Below, piece after piece: positions 16,079 to 21,533 of a stretch of DNA of 21,533 bases. The stretch is from a virus (lineage: Duplodnaviria; Heunggongvirae; Uroviricota; Caudoviricetes): IMG/VR virus record IMGVR_UViG_2713897073_000007; one strand, written 5' to 3'. The translations under genes were made by a program, and so were the position numbers. Under the pieces are notes generated by a model. That model made no database searches. It was not told where the DNA came from and saw only the letters and a list, made by a program, of their open reading frames with translations. Each line of letters begins with the position of its first letter. The stretch's first letter is position 1.

Positions 16079-16084
16079 GTGTCA

Positions 16085-16915
16085 TTACTTCACGGGAACG
16101 AACGGAACAGCGGTGTTACTGGTCATGTATTGCGGCAGCGTGCCGTTCCATTTGTTGATTGCTTCCAGCTCCATAACGCCGGGATTCTGGCGCAGAGCTT
16201 CGCCGCGTAAACGAATGGCGTCGGCTTCAGCCTGGGCTTTTGTGCGAATGGCATCGGCCTGTCCGGCAGCTTCTGCGCGCAACATGTTGGCTTCTGCTTC
16301 GCGTTGCTTGACTTCCTGTTCGCGTTGCAGGGTTTTCTGGTTTGCCGTGACTTTGGCGTTAATGCTGTCGATAACGGTTGGCGGATATTCCGGTTTACCG
16401 ACATAAGAGAGGCTCATGACCTGAATACCGATGGGGGTCATCTCTTCCTGAATATCTTTAAGTGCTGAATCCAGCAGTTCAGACTTACCACCGTCGATAA
16501 ACTTATCGGTGGTCATTTTGCTGGCCAGTCGGTTGAGTGCATCGGCGATCTTCTGGCGCAGGTCAGTGTCGGTAATGTCGTCCACGCCTTTGCGGTAGGT
16601 CTGAAACACCGTGGTAACTTTGGATGGATCAACTTTGTAGGCCACGCCGATGTGATAGCCGATGGTTGTGCCGTCACTCATCTGGAAGTTGAACGGCTCA
16701 TCGTAACTCTTCATTTGTTTGAAGGTCGGGAAGATGTAAACCTCTGTATTCCAGCCTGTCCAGTAGCGGCCAACGCCAACCACTTCACCGACGCCTTTGT
16801 CGTCGCCCAGTTTGTTGACTTTGATGCCCACATTACCTGGCTCAACGCGATCGCAACCAACCAGCAGGATGGCGGCAAAAAGCGGGAGAATCTGAAAGAG
16901 TCTGAATTTCTTCAT
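16085..16915 (-). CDS. SPFH/band-7 (stomatin-prohibitin-like) domain lipoprotein
   Basis: 276 aa; signal peptide with lipobox (LLVGC); central band-7-like region; C-terminal Ala/Glu/Gln-rich coiled coil (QREQEVKQREAEANMLRAEAAGQADAIRTKAQAEADAIRLRGEALRQN). Start overlaps the upstream gene stop (ATGA). Confidence 0.75.
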   Translation of the reverse strand: MKKFRLFQILPLFAAILLVGCDRVEPGNVGIKVNKLGDDKGVGEVVGVGRYWTGWNTEVYIFPTFKQMKSYDEPFNFQMSDGTTIGYHIGVAYKVDPSKVTTVFQTYRKGVDDITDTDLRQKIADALNRLASKMTTDKFIDGGKSELLDSALKDIQEEMTPIGIQVMSLSYVGKPEYPPTVIDSINAKVTANQKTLQREQEVKQREAEANMLRAEAAGQADAIRTKAQAEADAIRLRGEALRQNPGVMELEAINKWNGTLPQYMTSNTAVPFVPVK

Positions 16916-17115
16916 TGTTTGATTTCCTTGATGTACTTACTGAAAAGGCGAACAACGCCTGCCGGGTACAGCATGGCAATGAAAATTCCCAGCAATACCA
17001 GGAAGGAGCTGTCTGATGAAATCATTCGGGGGAGTAGTCCTGCATACAGAATGAGAGAGACGAGGACGCATACCAGCGCCCACATGTATGCGCGAAACCA
17101 GGTCTTTTTGTTCAT
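16912..17115 (-). CDS. Small membrane protein (67 aa, two predicted transmembrane helices), translationally coupled to the SPFH lipoprotein
   Basis: Hydrophobic segments WALVCVLVSLILYAGLL and FLVLLGIFIAMLYPAGVV; 4-nt overlap with the downstream start. Confidence 0.6.
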   Translation of the reverse strand: MNKKTWFRAYMWALVCVLVSLILYAGLLPRMISSDSSFLVLLGIFIAMLYPAGVVRLFSKYIKEIKQ

Positions 17116-17126
17116 ATCGCGGTCCT

Positions 17127-17426
17127 TTACTGGTTAAGGAAAAAATCGAAAACGTTGTCGATGCGTTGCAGCGGCTCCTGCTGCATTGCTTCCGGCGTTT
17201 CTGATTCACCTGGTGACTCCAGCGTCGCGCAAAAATCCTTGATTTCATGATGGAGCGTCAGACGAATGGCAGGAGCCATGGTTCTGGCGTGCTCCAGCTC
17301 ATCCAGCAGTGCCAGCACGGCAGATGGCGAGAGCATTGCGCGAAACGCCAGTAATTTTTGATGCGTTGCCATTCGTTGCAGGTCAGTCGCCAGTTCGCGT
17401 AATTCCTGGTGGTTGATGGCGCTCAT
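17127..17426 (-). CDS. Hypothetical early-operon protein (99 aa, acidic C-terminus)
   Basis: ORF-track ORF; ATGA overlap with the upstream gene; no recognisable motif. Confidence 0.5.
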   Translation of the reverse strand: MSAINHQELRELATDLQRMATHQKLLAFRAMLSPSAVLALLDELEHARTMAPAIRLTLHHEIKDFCATLESPGESETPEAMQQEPLQRIDNVFDFFLNQ

Positions 17427-17689
17427 GCTCTGGCTTCCTTCAGTAGCAGGTTAAACATGTGAGTAAGTGGATTGCTACACCCGAACGGCATCGGGTTTAC
17501 GTGGTAAGAAGCCTGGCCTCCTGCTTTGCGAGCGCGACCACCTGTGCTGCGGTTTGTTCTGATGACTAAGCCGCCGCGCCAGAGTCGGCGTAACTCAGCA
17601 TTGATGGCTGTGGTTGGGGTATTCAGTGCTGCGGCGATTTCTCCGCCGCTACAACCCGGATGGGTAGCGATGTAGTCCAGAATGGTCAT
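17423..17689 (-). CDS. Small winged-helix-like DNA-binding protein (88 aa)
   Basis: MTILDYIATHPGCSGGEIAAALNTPTTAINAELRRLWRGGLVIR resembles a helix-turn-helix/wing pattern; coupled overlaps on both sides. Confidence 0.5.
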   Translation of the reverse strand: MTILDYIATHPGCSGGEIAAALNTPTTAINAELRRLWRGGLVIRTNRSTGGRARKAGGQASYHVNPMPFGCSNPLTHMFNLLLKEARA

Positions 17690-17889
17690 CTGCGTGACTC
17701 CTGTACCTGTCGGATAAGGTTCACCCGCACCACATTCGTGGCGCAGAAGTAAGTGCCGTCAGTGAGATAGATGTGATGTGCATCCTTTTCCGAACGATGT
17801 TTGTCGATAGTGGTAATCAGTCGTTCGTCGACCTCGTATTCGCGGTCTCTGGAGGTGAAGCGAACGACAGGAAAATGCTTAATTGCCAT
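17686..17889 (-). CDS. Hypothetical early-operon protein (67 aa)
   Basis: ORF-track ORF; overlaps neighbouring genes by 1-4 nt. Confidence 0.45.
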   Translation of the reverse strand: MAIKHFPVVRFTSRDREYEVDERLITTIDKHRSEKDAHHIYLTDGTYFCATNVVRVNLIRQVQESRR

Positions 17890-18206
17890 TACACCCTCTT
17901 GGCTTTATGTCTGTATTTGAGCTTTTCTATTTCTTCTTTTTGTTCTTTTAATGTTCTTATGGCTGTGAAAACATTAAAGCCCATAAAATGTGCTCTGTTC
18001 GCTAATGTAATACTGGCACCTTTGTTAGCTATATCATCTTCAATATCAGTGAAATACTGACTGATTTCTTTTAGTGCGGCGCAAAGCTTTGCGAGATCTC
18101 GCCCCCTGTCAAAATATGCATCCTTCAGTATTTTTTGATTTGTCCTGAGCATGCTAACCTCGTGTTTATATATATGGATACCTCCGCGAGTGCGGATTGT
18201 TTTCAT
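17889..18206 (-). CDS. Hypothetical protein (105 aa) encoded in an AT-rich insert within the early operon
   Basis: ORF-track ORF; local base composition is markedly more AT-rich than the flanking phage genes; charged, Lys/Glu-rich C-terminus. Confidence 0.5.
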   Translation of the reverse strand: MKTIRTRGGIHIYKHEVSMLRTNQKILKDAYFDRGRDLAKLCAALKEISQYFTDIEDDIANKGASITLANRAHFMGFNVFTAIRTLKEQKEEIEKLKYRHKAKRV

Positions 18207-18241
18207 GTTTTCTTATTTAATCGTGTGTTTTATTTGTGCTG

Positions 18242-18355
18242 TTATTCTTCAGTGAAAAAACGCTCAATCTTTTTTACTGAATGAATAATTCGCATAATCC
18301 CAATAGCGCAGGCCACCGAAATAATCAGAACAAGCCATGAGATAAATATACTCAT
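18242..18355 (-). CDS. Small hydrophobic peptide (37 aa, MSIFISWLVLIISVACAIGIMRIIHSVKKIERFFTEE), not in the ORF track
   Basis: Hand translation; ATG overlaps the stop of the upstream 81-aa gene in an ATGA arrangement; one predicted transmembrane helix followed by a basic/acidic tail; AT-rich. Confidence 0.4.
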   Translation of the reverse strand: MSIFISWLVLIISVACAIGIMRIIHSVKKIERFFTEE

Positions 18356-18597
18356 GCGATATTCCCCAGCTTATACGGTTCAATATGTTCCCCGCATTCT
18401 GCGGCACAGATCAGCTCGGAAAGTTCGTTAAGTGCATCCAGATCATCAGCGTAAAAAGCCACGTCATACAGACTTCGGATTGCTCTGGTCAATGAGTCAC
18501 GGGCCGCACGTTCAGCATGAGCGCCTGATGCACTTAAGCGAAAATAAAAACGCTCAAGTGCTTTGTTAATGAGAGTTTTATATTCTTTGCCCATCAC
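18352..18597 (-). CDS. Hypothetical early-operon protein (81 aa)
   Basis: ORF-track ORF; no recognisable motif. Confidence 0.5.
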   Translation of the reverse strand: MMGKEYKTLINKALERFYFRLSASGAHAERAARDSLTRAIRSLYDVAFYADDLDALNELSELICAAECGEHIEPYKLGNIA

Positions 18598-18605
18598 AAC
18601 GCCCT

Positions 18606-18893
18606 TTAATCTGCTTTCTGTATTTCAGCTTCTGAATCCATACAAATAATTTCGATATAGGGTTCATCGCCATTAACCTGGCGTGCCTTTTCAGCTTCGC
18701 TAATGATTTCTCGTACGGTCTGGTACGGAAGTTCCACAAGCAGCCGTGTGCCGTTCAGATAAATGTAAGTGGCTTCGGCGGCTCCGTTTTTACCCGCCGG
18801 AGTCACTCCATCAATAGCGGATGCGCGTAATAACAGTTCACCGCGAAAATCAATAAAACGGATAAATACACCTTGTGCATGCTCTTTGGTCAT
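18606..18893 (-). CDS. Hypothetical early-operon protein (about 95 aa)
   Basis: ORF-track ORF 18606..19007; preferred start at the Met of MTKEHAQGVF, which avoids overlap with the upstream gene. Confidence 0.5.
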   Translation of the reverse strand: MTKEHAQGVFIRFIDFRGELLLRASAIDGVTPAGKNGAAEATYIYLNGTRLLVELPYQTVREIISEAEKARQVNGDEPYIEIICMDSEAEIQKAD

Positions 18894-18903
18894 AAAGCAC
18901 CTG

Positions 18904-19245
18904 TTATAAATCAGCCTGTTTAATAAAACTTTGCCCGCGAAGCAGACGATCAACCGTGCGAAGTGCTTCGTATAATGTGAAATCCTGCCCGAACTGATTG
19001 TCGCCACTGCTTAGAGCAAAAATGCGGTTTCCGGTAAACGGATTGCGTGGGCATTTGTGGATCACGATTCCAGCTTTCTCAATCAGCCAGGCATGCTCGC
19101 CGATTTGTTTTACTGGGTAGCCATCCGGCGTTGCGTGTGTATCACTCAGGCTGTAGCGGATGTTGCTGCGTGATGCACTGGTAGCAAAACGGTTAGCGTG
19201 GCGTTCTGCACCATTGCGAAAGCGTGAATTACGTTGCTGTTTCAT
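18904..19245 (-). CDS. Hypothetical early-operon protein (113 aa)
   Basis: ORF-track ORF; basic N-terminus; function unassigned. Confidence 0.5.
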   Translation of the reverse strand: MKQQRNSRFRNGAERHANRFATSASRSNIRYSLSDTHATPDGYPVKQIGEHAWLIEKAGIVIHKCPRNPFTGNRIFALSSGDNQFGQDFTLYEALRTVDRLLRGQSFIKQADL

Positions 19246-19404
19246 GTTAAAGACTCTGTACAGATTTAATTATTCCGGCATAGAGGCCGAACTCAAAATA
19301 TTTGCGATTAAATCGTATCGCATTGTTTTCACGTTTTGCGGACTGCTGGTTCATTTTCGTTTGCCTCCGCACATGAGAATTGCGCCGCTTAAGAGGTAAC
19401 CGAA

Positions 19405-19429
19405 GTTAATTGATAGTATTACAATTAAC
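19405..19429. promoter_or_regulatory. Perfect palindrome GTTAATTG - 9 nt - CAATTAAC in the 250-bp gap inside the early operon (candidate operator or protein-binding site)
   Basis: Read from sequence; AT-rich; about 160 nt upstream of the 113-aa gene start on the minus strand. Confidence 0.35.
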
Positions 19430-19497
19430 ATAAGGTCCAATTTGTCCATGCCACACATAATTACCCTCATTGCAGTAGTTGTGGGTTGTCAGGTTTC

Positions 19498-19704
19498 TCA
19501 CCCGATAAACCAGATAACAAACGCTATAAACATCGCCCCAATAGCTGCCGGGAAAAGTCCTTTGGTATAAGCGGCGATATATTCAATGCTGAGTTCAATA
19601 AAGCGTTCTTCATGTCCCGTTAACTTGCGAAACAAATAGATCTCTATTACGCCTATCTCAATAAAAACAAGGGTCAGAATGGCGCTGATGATATGGCTGG
19701 TCAT
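19498..19704 (-). CDS. Small membrane protein (68 aa, two predicted transmembrane helices), second gene of the early operon
   Basis: Hydrophobic segments IISAILTLVFIEIGVIEIYLF and FPAAIGAMFIAFVIWFIG; starts 6 nt after the cox stop. Confidence 0.55.
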   Translation of the reverse strand: MTSHIISAILTLVFIEIGVIEIYLFRKLTGHEERFIELSIEYIAAYTKGLFPAAIGAMFIAFVIWFIG

Positions 19705-19710
19705 TTATGA

Positions 19711-19998
19711 CTAAAGTCCCAGCCACAACAACCATGCGTCGCGGCGTTCTTTCGGTTGCTCAAAAAACGCTTTGCGCATGCCTTCGTTAAATGCTGGCAG
19801 ATATACCCAGTTTTCTGATGCACGCGTCTTCACTGAACCTGGTTTCACAAAGTCAATCGTTGGTAACTTTGCAGCGTCAATCATGGTTCTGACGGTTGAT
19901 TCTTTGCGACCAATCATCTTGGCAAATAGTTGATATGGCACCGCTTCAAGTGGATATGGTGCTACCTGAATGAACCCCTCAAGCTCTGATTCGCTCAT
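19711..19998 (-). CDS. cox: Cox-family excisionase / early-promoter repressor
   Basis: ...WVYLPAFNEGMRKAFFEQPKERRDAWLLWLGL matches recalled P2 Cox (...YWVYLPAWNNGLKLAYESRPKEIRDGWLMWLGL); divergent from the C repressor gene; SD GGGAGA 8 nt upstream. Confidence 0.85.
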   Translation of the reverse strand: MSESELEGFIQVAPYPLEAVPYQLFAKMIGRKESTVRTMIDAAKLPTIDFVKPGSVKTRASENWVYLPAFNEGMRKAFFEQPKERRDAWLLWLGL

Positions 19999-20111
19999 TG
20001 TGGTAATCTCCCTAATTCGTTCGAATGGCTCAAAATGGCTTATATCGGCTTATTTGAGTGTTTTTATGTTTGTGCCCGATGTGGCATGTTGCGATGGAGG
20101 ATATGCCCGAT
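19999..20111. promoter_or_regulatory. C/cox divergent switch region (expected Pe and Pc promoters with operators); contains short direct repeats and two copies of a 15-16 bp near-palindromic element
   Basis: Position between divergent cox and C starts. Direct repeats AATGGCT (x2) and GGCTTAT (x2) at 20024-20053; elements TGCCCGATGTGGCAT (about 20073-20087) and TGCCCGATATGGCAT (about 20104-20118), the second overlapping the C start codon region. No promoter hexamers could be assigned with confidence. Confidence 0.45.
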
Positions 20112-20432
20112 ATGGCATCTTTGTCAAGCATGGGTGAAAAATTTCGCCTGATTCGTGAAGCAGAAGGTATGACCCGCCAGGAGTTTGCGGATTGTGTTGG
20201 GCTGCCTTATGGGACGGTAACTAACTATGAGGTGAGGGGGAAGCAAGTAACAGAGGGTGCCTTACTTAAGGTTACGAAACACCCTAAATTTAAGAAGTAT
20301 GCTTATTGGTTATTAACAGATGAAACGATGCCGGAGGTCGGGCAAATTTCTCCGGCTCTCTCTCTTGATGGTTCCTGCAATTCGGAGGGAGATCGCGTTT
20401 CAACCGAAACAATCCAAAAATTATCCCGCTGA
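20112..20432 (+). CDS. C: Immunity repressor C (P2 C family, helix-turn-helix)
   Basis: ORF-track ORF 20058..20432; ...GLPYGTVTNYEVRGK...KYAYWLLTDETMPEVGQISPALS matches recalled P2 C (...GVPYGTLSYYESGR...KYTLWFMTNQIAPESGQIAPALA). Preferred start MASLSS at about 20112, with GGAGG 11 nt upstream; alternative starts at 20094 and 20103. Confidence 0.8.
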   Translation: MASLSSMGEKFRLIREAEGMTRQEFADCVGLPYGTVTNYEVRGKQVTEGALLKVTKHPKFKKYAYWLLTDETMPEVGQISPALSLDGSCNSEGDRVSTETIQKLSR

Positions 20433-20528
20433 GGCCAGAAAACTGGTTAGACCTGCTTTTTGTCTGGTCTGATTATTGCTGGAAAGAGGCTGGAGAAATT
20501 GTAGAGCGGTTCATTGGAGGGCTTCGTA

Positions 20529-21533
20529 ATGTCGATTAAGAAGCTCGAAGATGGTCGTTATTTGCTGGACATCAGGCCGAACGGACGCAAGGGAAAGCGC
20601 GTGCGTAAGGTATTTGACAAAAAATCGGTAGCGGTGGCCACTGAACGCTACATCATGGCGAACGCTGAAAAGCGGGAATATATACAGGGCTACCGTGATC
20701 GTCGAACGCTAAATGATTTGCTTGAGTTGTGGTGGATGTATCACGGCCAGCACAGGCGTAAGGCGGAAGAAGACCGAAAACAACTGCGCAACATAATCAA
20801 TGAGCTTGGCGCTGATATGCAGGCTGTGGATCTTGATAAGCTGAAAATTATCGCGTGGCGTTCTCAAAAGATAGCTGAAGGATTGAAACCGTCATCTGCT
20901 AACAGGTACATGAATCGGTTATCCGGAATGTTTACCGTGCTGAAAAAAATAGGTCTTTGGGATGCAGAACATCCAGTAAGGGGAATTTCTATTCTTTATG
21001 TATCTCCACGAGAAATGGCGTTCCTGTCACAGAAGGAAGTGGCGCTATTGCTCGATACACTGGAGGGCGACTACTGGCGTGTTGCGCTTTTGTGTTTAAG
21101 CACAGGGGCGCGCTGGAGTGAAGCTTGTAAGCTTCGTGGTGAACAGATAGTTCATAACCGTGTAACGTTTCTTGAAACCAAAAATGGCCGGAAGAGAACA
21201 GTGCCAATTTCGCAGGCAGTTTGTGAGGCGATCAAAACCAGAGAAACAGGCGGCTTGTTTGAGGTGAAGTACCGGGAATTCTGCCTGGCGCTGAAAAGAG
21301 TTAAGCCCGATTTACCAAAAGGCCAGGCTGCACATGTGCTGCGGCATACGTTCGCCAGCCATTTTGTGATGAACGGAGGAAACATTATTGCGCTTCAGAA
21401 GATTCTTGGTCACGCAACCATTCAGCAAACAATGGCATATGCGCATTTTGCACCGGATTACCTGCAGGATGCGGTGGCCCTTAATCCGCTGAAAGGTGGC
21501 GTAAGTGTCCACGCAGTGTCCACGGGGGATTAA
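20529..21533 (+). CDS. int: Tyrosine recombinase, P2-type integrase
   Basis: ORF-track ORF 20514..21533; MSIKKLEDGRYLLDIRPNGRKGKRVRK N-terminus, LSTGARWSEA, HVLRHTFASHF...GGNIIALQKILGH...MAYAHFAPDYLQDAVALNPL catalytic-domain motifs match recalled P2 Int. Preferred start at 20529 (GGAGGG 7 nt upstream). The stop coincides with the window end, so the att site lies outside the window. Confidence 0.9.
   Translation: MSIKKLEDGRYLLDIRPNGRKGKRVRKVFDKKSVAVATERYIMANAEKREYIQGYRDRRTLNDLLELWWMYHGQHRRKAEEDRKQLRNIINELGADMQAVDLDKLKIIAWRSQKIAEGLKPSSANRYMNRLSGMFTVLKKIGLWDAEHPVRGISILYVSPREMAFLSQKEVALLLDTLEGDYWRVALLCLSTGARWSEACKLRGEQIVHNRVTFLETKNGRKRTVPISQAVCEAIKTRETGGLFEVKYREFCLALKRVKPDLPKGQAAHVLRHTFASHFVMNGGNIIALQKILGHATIQQTMAYAHFAPDYLQDAVALNPLKGGVSVHAVSTGD

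Noticed and set aside
15411-16085. 224-aa minus-strand ORF spanning the non-coding gap
   Set aside because: It overlaps the 76-aa gene out of frame, has a Ser/Thr/Ala-rich low-complexity translation and no start context; most likely a chance open frame in GC-rich DNA.
1-21533. CRISPR arrays, rRNA genes, insertion sequences
   Set aside because: No regularly spaced direct repeats, no rRNA-like conserved segments, and no transposase-like ORF with terminal inverted repeats were seen.

Overview
This window reads as a heavily rearranged, defective P2-family prophage in an enterobacterial chromosome, and its most notable content is an unlisted hok/mok-type toxin locus at the prophage end. All calls rest on reading the sequence and the ORF track by eye and on recalled family features; no searches were run. 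Hand-derived coordinates may be off by a few nt.

Layout, left to right:
- 1-996: a probable host gene (Flk-like tail-anchored protein).
- 1246-2540: an AT-rich two-gene accessory operon (zinc-ribbon membrane protein, then a secreted Cys-motif protein broken by a frameshift at an A7 tract).
- 2641-2941: a Hok/Gef-family type I toxin locus (46-aa hok ORF below the ORF-track cutoff, overlapping 70-aa mok-like frame, 3' hairpin).
- 3002-4414: ogr and gene D on the minus strand.
- 4572-10147: an intact tail block FI, FII, E/E' (with the conserved T TTT TTG -1 frameshift site), T and U on the plus strand, i.e. inverted relative to D/ogr and to every other late-gene remnant.
- 10310-15042: a series of gene fragments meeting at deletion junctions: hexapeptide acyltransferase', tail fibre', J', N', terminase P', replication A'.
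- 15049-19998: the early operon on the minus strand (cox and small coupled genes), carrying apparent cargo: an SPFH/band-7 lipoprotein with a small membrane protein, and an AT-rich insert with an unlisted 37-aa membrane peptide.
- 19999-21533: the C/cox switch region, C repressor and integrase; the window ends at the int stop, so the att site is not visible.

No CRISPR array, rRNA, tRNA or IS element was recognised.
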